Positions 24,281 through 38,954 of a DNA stretch of 64,000 bases are shown here, in pieces. The DNA is from Chiloscyllium plagiosum (taxonomy: Eukaryota), in the NCBI RefSeq assembly GCF_004010195.1, contig NC_057718.1, positions 57,241,023 through 57,305,022 of the forward strand, given 5' to 3'. The position numbers and the translations under genes are program-made. Every line of letters starts with the position of its first letter. Position 1 is the stretch's first letter. Below the pieces are notes generated by a model. That model was not told the origin of the DNA. It worked only from the letters and a program-made list of their open reading frames with translations, and did not search any database.

Positions 24281-26479
24281 TTACTTAGATCTCAGTACTT
24301 CTCACTAGTTTCAACTACTTCCAATATAGCTTGTTTTGCTCTGTGGTCAAATCCTTCAATTACACCAAAATTCACTTCAACTCCTCCCAGCAGCCCTTCA
24401 AGGTTTAGTCTCCAGTGTGCCATACTTTTTATCTTTGCACACAATCTCCCTTTTCAATTGCATCTCTCTAAAACCTAACATTTACTTGTACAATCTGCTC
24501 CTGAGCAGTTTTTGCTTGGCCTCATGGTTACCAACATCATCTGTATCCTACAGCACTTGCCCCATCTTTACTTCCTTCAAAACCATCAGTCCCAGGTTCA
24601 TTTCCAATTTCTCTCAGACTGCCTTTTCTCTCAAAGTTCCTTAAAAGCATTGTCATTCAATTACACATTCAGCATGTACTTCTCTGATCCAGCTTGCACA
24701 TCATTCAGCCTAAAATTGTGACATTCTTGAGGCTGCTAGGTTACGGTCTCTCTTCACCTGTGTGATGCTATTTTCTGTTTCCCAGCATTTTCTTCTCAGC
24801 ATCTTTAGTGCACCTCATCGTTGTGGTTAGTCTATTACTAATGCATAACTCAAATTTCTCTTCCTGAGTCACATGTTTATGCATTGAGCTTGAATGCATT
24901 CTTGATTCCTGATATTTATTGTTTAAACAACAACCTTTAGCAACATTATCTTTAACAGGATCAGCTTCCATATATATACTGATTACACAAAGCCCTCCCA
25001 TTACTAACAACTCCAAAGCTTTTAAATTCTCTGACTACTTAACATCAAGGGTCAGATGACTCAGGATTCCTTTAAGCTCGATACCTCTAAAGCTGGAAAC
25101 TGCTCTTGACTACATGTAGCATGAGCAACAATTTCAATATCACTGGCTGCCCACTTAGGACAATTTCAGTGGCGAAGAACTTTAAGACCTTGCTTAACAT
25201 CTAATCACATTTCCTTCATCCCTCCCTTTTCCATTAATAGCACTTTTTTTTAAACTCAAACTCTGTTTACATATTATTAGCTTAGAAATGTTTCATGTCC
25301 AAGAATGTCCACAAAAGGCAAGACAATGTCAACCAATTTACACTATCAGCAGCAAAATGATGCTCAGTGATTAACGGTATTGCCTAATGGCAGTTAGTCA
25401 GCAATAAACTGCCCACAAACTCTCTCTGGATTTGGGACTTGATGTGAAGCAGGCAGTAACATTAATTATGAACTTTGCCATTGCTAGCAATGGCAGTCAG
25501 AATTGTGCGGTTGTTGATCTTACATATAATGTTATCAGTTTGGATTCTGTCAAGGTCACTCAGTCAATGCCTTGGAAAAAAACATGGACAAAAAAGCTAA
25601 ACTCCAGAAGCAAGGCAAGAATGAATCCCTTGACATCAAGGCAGGATTTGATGGAGTATGACGTCAATGTCCTTGCAAAACTGGAATCAGTGGAGAACAG
25701 AGAGAAAACTCTCCAATGGCTTTGGTTATTGGAAGTCAAACATCTCAGTTCTAAGATACAAATGCATCAGTTCTTCAGCTATGTGGGGTAAGATCCTTGG
25801 CCAACCAATGATATTCTCTTCTTCATAAAAGGTTACAAGTGGGATGCGCAGTGATGCTTGAACAATATTCAGCACCATCCTCGTGGAGGGCATTATCACC
25901 ACTGAATATCTCAATATCTCCTGTAAAGTACCACTGATTAGAAACTGAACTGGATTAGCCTCAAATACTGGGGCTAGAAGGGCAATTTACAGACCAGGAA
26001 TTCTACAGTTTATGCACGACCTGACTCTTCAATTCCTGTCCACATCAATAAAGATTAACTTAGGAAATTGATGAAATTTGCCTCTTGCCTGGATAAGTGC
26101 AACTCCAACAACACTGAAGAAGCTTGACACCACAAAGCAATCGAGTGATTGGAAACCTACCCACCACCTACACCCAGTTGCAGCAGTGCATACCATCCAC
26201 AAAATATACAGGAACAACTCACCAAAGCGCCTTTAACACCTTCCAACACAAACCATAAATGTTAATCAGAATATAGTGGTAACTCCCCCACTCTTCATCC
26301 AAATAATGCCACATGATCTGTACGCCCACCTAAACAATCTCATTTGAAAGACAGGTAAGTCATTTTTGATTTTTGTGGTCAAGTCCTGATTTTAATTTAA
26401 TCCTTGGAGTCTAGGCATAATTCTGATGTACTCCACTACATTAAGACTCATCATTCACAACACAGGAGACAGCCCATTG

Positions 26480-26580
26480 TGGATGTAGGCTTGCACGCTG
26501 AGCTGGAAGGTTTGTTTCCAGACGTTTCATCATCCTAATAGGTAACATCTTCAGTGGGCCTCTGGGCGACAGTGCCAGCC
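26480..26580 (-). mobile_element. PLE terminal fragment with hammerhead motif at 26518-26557
   Basis: Minus CCA-CTGAAGA-T-GTTACC-TATTAG-GATGAT-GAAA-C-GTC^TGG then AAACAAACCTTCCAGCTCAGCG, similar to the sequence after the 12959 motif. Confidence 0.65.
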
Positions 26581-27237
26581 AAAAATGAGTCCCGCAGCTT
26601 AATCCCACATTCCAACTCTTAAGTCTGTGTAGCCCTGTGGTTTGCAACACTTAAAATGCATCCAGGTGCTGTTTAAAAAGTGGTGAGGGCTTCTGCCACA
26701 ACCACGTTTTCAGCAGTGAGTACCAACATCTGGAGGAAAGTAAAAATTTCAATCCCCTCTAGTCAATCTAATTATGTAAAACCGAAGCTCAATGGGGGAC
26801 TGACTTGTATTCTCAGGTAAAAAGAAAAACTTGTTCATTCTATGTAGGCCCCTCAATTGTTTTATAGTTTTGCTGGTTTCAAAGAAAACAGACCCAACCC
26901 ATCCAATCAGAGCGACAATTCTCTATTCCAGAGTACAGAGAACTGGCCTCTAATCTCTTTAGTACAACGCAATTTCTGAGAGATCTGTTACTTTAACTGC
27001 AACCTAATATACTTTTTAGCATAATTTCCTTTTTATACTACCTCAGCTAATACAAGTATCCTTTTTTAAAAAAATCAATTACAGGATGCAGGTTATCATT
27101 GAATGGGCCAGCATTTATTTTCCATTCCTAATTGTCAAAACAGTAGTTAAAGGTCAATCACATTGCGCAGAGTCTGGAGTCACATGTAGACCAGGCAATG
27201 ACAAAAGTTTCCTTTCCTGAAGTATACATTGGAAGCT

Positions 27238-28942
27238 ATTTTGGGGTAGAAGTGACCTGTACAAGAAGGACAGATTGCACCTAAATTGGAAGGGGACTAA
27301 CATACTGGCAGGGAGATTTGCTAGAGCTGCACGGGAGGATTGGGGGGGGGGGGGGGGGGGGGGAGGAGGTGGATGGGTTTGGGACCCAGGAAGATAGTGA
27401 GGGAAGAGATCAATCTGAGACTGGTACAGTTGAGAACAGAAGCAAGTCAAATAGGGCAGGCAGGGACAAACAAAAGGTAGGACTGAAATTAAACTGCATT
27501 TATTTCAATGCAAGGGGCCTAACAGGGAAGGCAGATGAAGAAATGTGTCCAATGGTGTCAACATTTAAGAAAGATGGTAAGGACAAGCCAGGGAGCTATA
27601 GACCAGTGAACCTGACGTCGATGGTGGGCAAGTTGTTGGAAGGAATCCTGAGGGACAGGATGTACATGTATTTGGAAAGGCAAGGACTGCAACATGGCTT
27701 TGTGCATGGGAAATCAAGTCTCACAAACTTCATTGAGTTTTTTGAAGTAACAAAGAGGATTGATGAGGCCAGAGTGGTAGATGTGATCTATATGGACTTA
27801 AGTAAGGCATTCGACAAAGTTCCCCATGGGACACTGGTTAGCAAGGTTAGATCTCATGGAATACAGGGAGAACTAGCTATTTGGATACAGAACTGGCTCA
27901 AACATAATAGACAGAGGGTGGTGGTGGAGGGCTGCTTTTCAGACTGGAGGCCTGTGACCAGTGGAGTGCCACAAGGATTGGTGCTGGGTTCCCTACTTTT
28001 TGTCATTTATATAAATGATTTGGATGTGAGCATATGGTTAGTAAGTTTGCAGATAACACCAAAACTGGAGGTGCAGTGGACAGCAAAGAAGGTTACCCCG
28101 GATTACAGTGGGATCTTGATTTGATGGGCCAATGGGCTGAGGAGTGGCAGATGGCGTTTAATTTAGATAAATGTGAGGTGTTGCATTTTGGGAAAGGAAA
28201 GCCTTATACACCTAATGGTAAGGTCCTAGGGACAGTTGCTGAATAAAGAGACCTTGGACTGCAGATTCATAGCTCCTTGAAAGTAGAGTCGCAAGTAGAT
28301 AGGATAGTGAAGGCAGCATTTGGTATGCTTTCCTTTATCGGTCAGAGTATTGAGTACAGGGGTTGGGAGGTCATGTTGTGTCTGTACAGGACATTGATTA
28401 GGCCATTTTTGGAATATGGTGTGCAATTCTGGTTTCCTTCCTATCGGAAAGATGTTGTGAAATTTTTCAGAAAAGATTTCCAAGGATGTTGCCAGGGTTG
28501 GTGGATTTGAGCTATAGGGAGAGGTTTAATAAGCTAGGGCTGGTTTTCCCTGGAGCGTCGGAGGCTGAGGGGTGACCTTATAGAGATTTATAAAATCATG
28601 AGGGGCATGGATAGCATAAATAGACAAAGTCTTTTCCCTGGGGTCAGGGAGTCCAGAACGAAAGGACATAGGTTTAAGGTGAGGGGGGGAAAAGATATAA
28701 AAGAGACCCCTATGGGGCAACATACTCACGCAGAGGATGGAATGAACTGCCAGAGGAAGTGGTGGAGGCTGGTACAATTGCAACATTTAAAAGGCATCTG
28801 GATGACAATATGAATAGAAGGGTTTGGAGGGATATGGGCCAGGTGCTGTCAGATGGAACAGATTGGTTTGGGATATCTAGTCGGCATGGACAAGTTGGAC
28901 CAAAGGGTCTGTTTCCGTGCTGTACATCTCGATGTCTCTATA
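27238..28942 (+). mobile_element. CR1 LINE with ORF1 end, internal deletion, RT and 3' tail
   Basis: WGRSDLYKKDRLHLNWKG (ORF1 esterase-like end); CIYFNARGL; YRPVNLTS, DLSKAFDKVPH, SGVPQG, KFADNTK. Confidence 0.9.
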
Positions 28943-30613
28943 TCAGTGAATTACATGGGTTTTTAATGACGAATCAACAAAACACTATGGTCATCATTAA
29001 AGTGAAATCTGGAATTAAGAATCTAATGAATTCAAATTCCACCATTCAAATCTGGGACCCCATAATATTACCTGGATATCTCATTGTTTCCAATTCTGTT
29101 CCCTTAACCACATTATTTACTTGTTTGGCTATCTTCTCCCCTGAACATTTCTGACATACACATTTGTACTGTTTGTCAAGAGCAGGTGTATTTACCACAA
29201 TTCTCTGAATTGAATTTCATTTGTCACTTGCTGCCCACCTGACCAGGTTGCAGTACTCTTCTTCATGAGCAAGCACCTTTTTTTTTAAAAACCACATGCA
29301 AACTTCTCAAGCTTGCCCCCATATTTAATCCTACATCACTGATATGTGCCAAAAAAAAATGGAAGCAGTCTTTTAGTCACAAAAATATCTGGTAACTATT
29401 ATTTTTTGGTCTCAGACAAACAGAAGCAGCCTCTCATCAATTGGGTTAGCACTAACCTACCTATGCAAATTCCACTTTTCAGCATTTGGCCCATAACACT
29501 GATTGTATGACATTTCAAGTGCTCAACCACAGCCTTTTTAATAGTAATGAGATGTTACTCTTCCAGACAGTGCACTCCAAATCCATAACACCCTCAATGA
29601 TATTTTTCATATATCCCCTCTAAACCACCTGTCCTTCATCTCAGAATTATGTCCCCTCATTATTGACCCTTCAACTAAGGGGAATAGCTGCTTCTTATCC
29701 ACCTTCTTTATTAGTCTCTATGTGGGACCTTGTTAAAGGTTTTGCTAAAAAACATATAAAATGCATCAACTGCGCTACTCTCATCTACACACCTCATTAA
29801 AAATTGCTCTTCCTTATTATTTTGACTAGGTTGCCGCAAAGGTCCCGCTAGGAATTTTGCACCTCTTACATTTATTTCATCCAACATTTTACATTCAGCT
29901 ATAAATATCTATGTTGTTTTCCACTACATGCCTTGAATGCATATTTTATCCTGACATTTAAATGATCTTTTCCATCTATCAATCCACCAAGGCCATTGTG
30001 TCCTAAGCTTTGGTTCCAGAACTGCTCAAAATTCTTTAGGTACTGTCTAACCTGAGCACTGATGGTTAAAATATAATTTCTTATGCTTGATTAAGCATTC
30101 CATTCTTAATCTTTTTCATAACATTCTGCAGGAATGGAGTAATTATAAAGTTCTCTGTATCATGACCGCCAATTCTCTTTGAACCTTTTTTGTTTCTAAA
30201 TTTAGACTATTTTGAAAGCATCCTAGTCTAGCTTTATTAGGTGTACAGAGAATACCCTATTCTGGGGGCAATAGGAACAAGTTGCCATCTCCACTGTATC
30301 AGAGTGAATTATGAAAACTGCTATATCACAGAAAAAAGGACGCTGGCCTAGAAGGGGACTTCCAATCATAGTTTTGACTGAGTAACCTAGTTATCTTGGA
30401 CAGCCATAGAATTTGCTTTTCAAATTAATGTAAGAGATGAAAATCTGATAAGCTATTAAAGAACAAGACAAAATAAGTGGCAAACACTGGTTAACATCTA
30501 GATGGTCAGCATCGATGTGGTGAGCTGAAAGGCCTGTTTCTACACTATATGTCTCTATGAATCTACAAAAGACAAATAAATACCAAGACTGTAATTAGTT
30601 TTAGAAGTGTTCA

Positions 30614-30874
<261 letters not shown>

Positions 30875-32592
30875 TTAAAACTGCATTTAACCTCTGTCCT
30901 TTTGGTTCAAAACCGAACCAGGCTTATGAAATGCAAATCTTTGTTCTTTAGAAGAAAATATGATCCTCAAAGAAATCATCTGCCTGTGTTCGATCTCAGT
31001 GGGAAACTAGGGCAGTCACAAAACAGAAACTAACCTTAAAGTTAAAGTCAGAACACATTTGGATTTTGGCAGTCTCAAACAGTTGAAAAGACACATCTTG
31101 CAAATACGTTTTAGACAGATACAATAGGAGATAGTTTGTTTGACTTCATAACATGTTGGGCAAGTGAAAATTACATTTTACTCTTACTTAAGCTTAAGAT
31201 TGCATTTCATGCAGTAAGGATTAAAGCTATGCTCTCATTAAAGATGCCAACATGATTTTCCTTTCTTCCATTTTCCCAAAGATATTTTTGCAGTGTAGTT
31301 TCAGAAGTACTAGATGCTTTTCAACACATCTTCATTCTTTTCAAAGAGAGTCTGATTAGCAGTACATATTTTACGTATCATATGATAAGAGTAGATCATA
31401 GTACAATTTTGAAGGAAGAATAGATAGAGACTCAAGAAAGTATGTGAACAATCTTTGAAGATGCCAAGACAAATTCAAATGGCAGTTTAAGTATACAAGA
31501 CATGACTTCATTAGCTTGTGGAAAAGCATAAACGTTACATAAAACCTTTATAAACCAGATGCCTCATTTAGAAAATGGTGTTCAATTCTAGGCCTCACAC
31601 GAAAAAAAATATTTAAGTTCACAGGAAAGAATCAGAAAAGATTTCCTATAATGAAGTGAGGAATGGCAGACCTGACGCATATGAAGAGGTTACAGTTGCT
31701 GTGACTTTATCCTTTAGAGTGCAGAATGTGAAGGGGAAATTTGATAGAATAAATGAGAAGACTGTTGTTGGTGGTAGAAAGTTCAGTGATCAGAGAATGT
31801 AAAGTGTAAGTTTATTGACAGAAGAACCAAAGTTCCTCAAAAAAACCCAGCAAACTATGATCTGAAATTCACTATCCAAAACAGGTGGATGAAAATAGAT
31901 TCAATAATAACATTTGGAAATACCCAATTTACAATAATGTACAAGGATAAAGAATCAGAATTAAAGACAGCCAACCAAAGTATTTGCACAGGCATGAAGT
32001 GCATCCTCCTATGGTGTATCATTCTATGATCTGCCTAGCACCACACAAACATGAGCACGTTTTCATGCAGGTGAAAGATAACAATCAAGAGGAAGAGCAA
32101 TTAGATAATTCTTTGCTTACATTGTTCAAAGTCACTGAAGCTAAATATTAGGACTCCAAAAACATGCTAGTTACTGTCAGTAACTCTACACAGCTCATCA
32201 GGCCTCATCCCTACAAAATGCAGTTAATTACAGTCAATCCATGCTATCCAACAAAACATGAAATCAGAAGACTGCTTTAAAATCAAAATACAAATTTCTT
32301 GCTGTTTAAATTTAAGTGCCAACATGAGCTAGGTGGCATAATAGCTGAAAACTACTTTCTATAAAACTAACTACATTGAAAATTAATCTACAGATGTTTT
32401 ACGAAGGCAATCACTAATTATGATTGTTTAACAGCTGCTTTCAAGTGGGCTCATCAATAGCTACCCAGGTACTTAACACATTTCTTCCAAAACAAAGCAA
32501 GAGTTTTCAGTAATTTTACTGTTTAAAATCCAGATGAGACACCTTTCACTTACATAAAATACACGAGTTCAATAAATAAACATGAAACTTAC

Positions 32593-32637
32593 CAGAACAA
32601 AAAGCAGTATTCCTATTGGATTCATCTATTCCTGCAT
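32593..32637 (-). CDS. PPP4R3B: PPP4R3B small frame-preserving exon, 45 bp
   Basis: (D)AGIDESNRNTAFCS, position and composition resemble human DNIVGSNKNNTICP; tag acceptor, gtaagt donor; phase 1-1. Confidence 0.75.
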
Positions 32638-33572
32638 CTAATTAATAAATCAAGTACAGGATAAAGTTAAAAACATTTATTGTTAATACAGTTCAATACT
32701 AAATTAGGAAGCTATTCAATCCTAGTTCATTAATTTAGAAAACACTGAAGGTTCCCACACTGTAGTATTTATTGTTTAAATTATTTCAATTTTTCACTTT
32801 CATATCTCTAATCCTTGTGATGTAAAGGCCAAATTACTGCAAATTTAATATTGCTCTGAATTTATTTTGTTAATTTGAAATATCATCTCGAGAAATCAAC
32901 ATACTTCCCAAAAAAACAACTTAAAACCTTTCAGCAGTAATAAAGCATCACTAACTACTTAAGTTAAAAACGAGCTACCATCATTTAGATCATTTCAGTG
33001 GCCTCATGTGCCAAATGAGGGTAGAACTGCCAACAGACTCCTCGCTATGTTAAATCTGCAGATAAATTGTTCCATCCTTAAATTAACACTAGCATGTGCA
33101 AGTGCTGTTTATGCCAACTTTGTTAATAGTTGCCAACAAGGCTAAGACACCAGGCCATTGGATTTTTGCTGCTCCCTTCCAGATTGATATACAATCTGTC
33201 AATCTAGATTACTTTGAAAAGACAGCAATAAATTCAGTGATGTACTAAAGCTCAAGATTCAAGATACTTAATCTACCCTGAAGTTCTACAACAGGTATGT
33301 AAATTTACCAATCCACTACTAAACATTGAGCTCTAATCTTAACATTTCTCATTGCAAAGTCATCAAGAGCAAAGATTTTTCAAATATTACTTTTGGAATG
33401 GGCTCCACGGCCTAATCTCAGGACATTTTTTCTACAGACACTGGTCGAAGAAGAGCCTTTGACCAAGATAGACCAATCAGTCTAAAGAGCTCAGCTGTTT
33501 TGAAGGGCAAGCAGAGATACATAAGAAAAGCCTCAAACCATTTTCTATATACAATAATACGTATGGTAGCTA

Positions 33573-33746
33573 CAGAACAATTTCAGTTATCCGAACATCA
33601 ATTATCTGAATTTCGGATTATCCAAACAAGATCTCAAGGTACCATAAATGCTTCCTTTGTTTGGATACCTGATCTGATTGTTTACCATCAGTTATCTGAA
33701 CAAACTACACCCTGCCCGTCTCGTTCAGATAATCGAGGTTGTTCTG
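33573..33746. mobile_element. Tigger/pogo-like MITE
   Basis: Imperfect TIRs CAGAACAATTTCAGTTATCCGAAC / GTTCAGATAATCGAGGTTGTTCTG, TA on both sides, internal TTATC(C/T)GAA repeats. Confidence 0.7.
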
Positions 33747-34194
33747 TATGTATTTAGGAGCATTTGGCAAGTGGATAAACAGCTACAGGCTTAAAGACTA
33801 GTAAAATATGCCCTGGAAAGATATTGCTAGGTATCTAGGTTCAAGAAAAGTAACTGCCCAATTCCAGACTTAGGGGACTTTTGCAAAATGCTAATTAAGG
33901 TACTATAATAAGATATTAAATGGATAATTTTAATCTCATCTTTTCTAAATTTAATTTGCTTAGAACCATATGCGAGTCTAAAAATATTGATATTGCAATT
34001 AAATGTTTAGCTCCATGTTCAAATTTGCTCTCAAATGTAACAAATGCTGATCTCTTAAAAATACTTAAAATATCCATTGAACTTAAGGAAAAATGTGAAT
34101 TTTTAAGAAAGGTATGTTGAATTCTTCAAACACCTGCATTCAGAGTAATGCCTGTGTGATCCCAGATGGCCATAGGAGAAAAACAGAAAGAAAT

Positions 34195-34352
34195 CCAAAG
34201 ATGTGCAGGTCAGGTGAATTGGCCATGCTAAATTGCCCGTAGTGTTAGGTAAGGGGTAAATGTAGGAGTATGGGTGGGTTGCACTTCGGCGGGGCGGTGT
34301 GGACTTGTTGGGCTGAAGGGCCTGTTTCCACACTAAGTAATCTAATCTAAAT
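34195..34352 (+). mobile_element. HE1-type SINE 3' half
   Basis: GATGTGCAGGTCAGGTGAATTGGCCATGCTAAATTGCCC...TAATCTAATCTAA tail. Confidence 0.8.
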
Positions 34353-36156
34353 CCATCAAAGTGTTAAGTGGCAATCTTTAAACACCTTTCCGAGGGGCTC
34401 ACAGAGAAGAAACACAAGCAGTAAAGAGCACAAAAGGTGCACAACGAAGCAGAGAAAACTGTGTGTGTTGCAAAGCTTTTAGGGCTCAGTTTATGTTTAA
34501 AAGAAAGTGGAAAAAACCCAATAGGGTTCTTGAAAATTCTGGGAACAGAGACTCCGAGGTGTGCTTCGCTGATTATATAGAAACGCTGCTGAAAGACAAT
34601 CTGAGGTTTCAAGCTAGCATAGTGAAAAGAGGTGAACGCTTGCAAAAGAGCTAGGAAAGACACTGGGACCATTCATCTGATGCTACATATTTTTCAGAAG
34701 TATTACAGAGAACAAAAGCACTTTGTAGGCTATATTTGTCAGTCCATTAATGCAAAATCTTAACTCATCCTTTAGGCTTAATAAACTGGTAGCTCATTCA
34801 CAAATGTTTAATCTACTAGTTATAGTACAAATCCTAGATTAACTAGCTACAGTACAAATCCTAGATGGTGAAATCTTGTCCATAAGTTAACTTAGTTGGT
34901 AATGCAGGGGTTCCTGTTTTCAAATAAGTTATCAGTTTCCATGGGGGTTGCAACGCACAGTCTTGTGTAATTGTATCCAACTGAAACCGAGGGGTCGAAT
35001 TTCTAGTCAGTTGCACAGATCTGTTCACACGAATTCAGCAGAGCATTGAAAAGATTCCAAGAATTAAGTAAATCAACTTCTTCTGTAGCTGAGCCCACCT
35101 AAAAACTAAGCACACCCTCAGTAAGAAATCATCATCATTTGGAATTTGTTAACAGCTTGCCTGTAGGACTTTGAAGAAGGTCTATAAATTAAACTTGCCC
35201 CTTTGGCCACTAATGAACATAATTAGCCAAGTCTTAAAAACTTGATAACAAATTAAAGAAACCATCTAAAATTCCCTAATATAACTAGCAAATTGCTCAG
35301 TACTTTAAAATTTTGCAGATGGGATTGACATGGATTAAAAAGCTGGTTACAACAGATAAATCAATTTTCAACTCAATTAGTCGAAGTTACTACTCAAACA
35401 AATCAAGGATCTAATTTTTAAAATCAAAATGGTGAATTTCTCAGATGTCTAAGTTCAGAGTAATGCCCATATATTTGCAGATTATCAATTTAGTTTGAAA
35501 GTATTGCCTGTTTTCAGGTTTACAGTAGAGTTTGCATCTCACAGTATGGAAATGGGTTTGAGAAGAATTTTGGTGGAGGGCACACTTCTGAAAACGGGCA
35601 CATTTGACCTCGATCACTAATTACACTGAATGTTGAAAATCTACTCCCAAGTGTTTTAAAATCACTGCATACCTGAGCACCACAATTCCCAGACAGAATA
35701 GAGAAGATTGAATTATTTCCTCCAACACATCTGGAGGCTGCAATGTCTTGTGACTGGGATGGACAATTCTCATGCAACTATCCTCCAGGTACCACAATTA
35801 CCTGGAGAAATTGCCGCATTTTTATTGAGAGGAGGTAATGAGTTCCGTTGACTGCAGTCTGCGGAGTCTCTTTTTATTCAAACAGCTTCATTTGCTCAAG
35901 TGAAATTTTGGATTGTTTTGCTATTCATGTAAAGTATGCGGTAGCCATATGTCCCACCTTGCCTCCAATTCATTGGCTGACAGTGGTGTCAATCAACACT
36001 CCAGTTTTTAAGTAGGGAAATGGCAGAATTACTGGGCTGGAAAATGTGTCTAAAGGCTCAAGAGGTCCAAATGGAAAAACTAGTGCACCACCTACAAATC
36101 ACACAGGAAATAACAAATGTCATGAAGTATAGGCACAAGCAACATTCTGAAGTTCA

Positions 36157-36318
<162 letters not shown>

Positions 36319-37655
36319 CTAAAAAAGATTAGATTAGATTACTGACAAGATTACATAGAGTCATAGAGATGTACAGCATGGAAACAGACCCTTCAGTCCA
36401 ACCCGCCCTAACTATTAGATTATTGAAGTTCTGAAATTTTAAAAATTGAATATCGATACTTTGATATTATGCAATTGCACAATCCAACTTCTGAATTCAA
36501 ATCGAGGTTCAGCACACAAATAAGATAAACCTTTGTAAATACTTCAATTCCCAAGTAAGGAAAATATTTGAAAAATAGATTTAAAACCTTCAAAAATCAA
36601 AAGCAGAAACAGTAGTGATAAAATATCAGTAATCTGTAAAAACTAGGGCTCAATGAACATACATGAATTATATCACGTAATAAGTTAATCTTTGCTAAGC
36701 CTTCTCCAGCAATAAACACCCAGTGCTGTACGTTTAACATGTTCTGTTATGTTAAAGGGACTATACTATTGCAAGTTGTTTTCTAAGATTCAAGGGTTTT
36801 GAGAAGTAAGATTTGATAAGTAGCCGAGGGCTAACATGAAGGTGCAGCAAGCAATTAGGAAGTCTAATGGTATGTTAGCCTTAATCACAAGAGGACAATG
36901 TCTTAATTTAATTGTAGAGAATCTTGGTTGGATTGTACCTGGAGCACTGTGTGCAGTTTTAGTCCCTATACCTGAGCGAGAATATTACTCACATGGAGGG
37001 AGTGCAAGGAGGTTTGCAATATCTGTTCCCAAAGTAACAGGATTGTCCAATGGAGAGACTTTGGGGAAACTGGGCCTGTCTAGAGTTTTGAAGAATGAGT
37101 GGTGAATCAATATAACCTAAAAAATATACTGAATTGTGGAGCATGCTTGATCAGACTGAAGGCCACTCCTGTTCCTGTGTTCCACTGAATGAACAGGGAG
37201 TAACAGAGCAGTCTTGATGAGCAACACTGACAAAAGGAATTTAAACTAAAGTGTGAATTGGAAATAACTGGTGAAGAGTTCAAAGGTAGTTGTTGGAAGA
37301 GGTGGTATTTTGTGGAGAGGTGTAATTGGAGGATCAGGCTTCAGCAAAGGGAGTACATCAATAATGCCAACAAGACACGGGCGAAGAGGTAAATGAGTAA
37401 TCAAGAGTTTAAGACTCAAAGGCTCTTTCAAACACCAACCTCAACTGCTTTTAAAATAATTGATTTTCTAAAATAGAAATACATAGCAACATATCATACA
37501 AGTGCATTCTTAATATGAGTACTATTATCTTCAAAATCAAATTAGTAAATGTGTTTGAACTTTAATTTTAGAAAAACAGTTGGAGGCACAAGGTCACTAA
37601 CAGCAAATCAAATTATCCCAAAATGCATACAGTGTTCATATTTACAATTCTATTA

Positions 37656-37886
<231 letters not shown>

Positions 37887-38009
37887 CTAGTATCAAAATA
37901 AAGCCCTAATTGAAATCACACGGGAAACATTTCTCATTTGATCACATCCTTCCAAAATACCAACCATTTTTAATCATATTCATCCAATTCTTAAAATGAT
38001 CTTGGCCCA

Positions 38010-38095
38010 CTAACCTGATGAAGGAGCAGCGCTTCAAAAGCTTGTGCTTTCGATTAAACCTGTTGGACTATCCTGGTGTTTTGTAATTTTTAAAT
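38010..38095 (+). mobile_element. PLE terminal fragment (further family) with degenerate hammerhead
   Basis: CTGATGA(38015-38021)-A-GGAGC-AGC-GCTTC-AAAA-GCTT-GTG; GAAA changed to AAAA. Confidence 0.55.
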
Positions 38096-38954
38096 TTATC
38101 ACTTTATCCTAAGCCTCACTTTCACAATTTTTAAATCTATGCCCTTTTGAAATACTCCCTAAGCACAGAAAATTATTATTCAAGAGCTATTCTTTCTATT
38201 CCATTACAAATCGTATGTACTTTGGGTTCACTGCTCAATCTCAGGATATCTCTCAGTTGATTCCTCTGTCACGAACAGGCAGTCTCCTTAGAGCTTAATC
38301 ATTGTGATCGTGAACACATATACACTACTTCAGGTATGATTTGGTTACAGCATTGCATTATATCCAAGCTTTCTGGGTATTGAAGTCAAAATGATTTGAT
38401 AAAGTAATCCAGCATCCTGTTTTCTTTATTATTCTCAAATGTCTAGATTTGATAATCAAATCCTTTGAGACATTTAAAGGGACACTAGATAAGTACATAA
38501 GGAAGAAAGAGCTGACAGGGTTAGATGTAGTAGTTATGAGGTTTGTGGCTTAAGTACTGGCATAAATCCATTTGGCTGGTGGCCACCTTCTGCATTGTAA
38601 ATTCAATGCATCATTGAAACTTACTTTGCCTGATTGAAGACAATAGTTTATGAAAATGTAAATTACTCTGGTCAGCTTCCAGGGTGGCTTGGAAACGTTT
38701 TTGCAAATGGGCTCGCAAAAAGTTAAATGAAATGTGGCTCTTTTGTTGAATCTCAGAAGTTCAAATATAAATTCCATTGCAAATGATACACATTCATTTG
38801 AATAAACAGAATTTCAGAGTAAAACATTAATGTCTATTTTGTCAGTTGTTATTGTCTCTAAATTATGAATTTTAGGGAATGGAATCAGAACTCTTTCTGA
38901 TCAAGTTAACATTTCAACATGATATGACGAGGAAGTGGAATCCAATTTCAGATC

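Noticed and set aside
27318..28124. 268-aa reverse transcriptase ORF as a host or domesticated gene
   Set aside because: Frameshifted, internally deleted CR1 with a damaged catalytic region (FADN) and many sibling copies.
34815..34866. 27-bp direct duplication (ACTAGYTAYAGTACAAATCCTAGAT)
   Set aside because: A two-copy local slippage duplication in an intron with no further structure.
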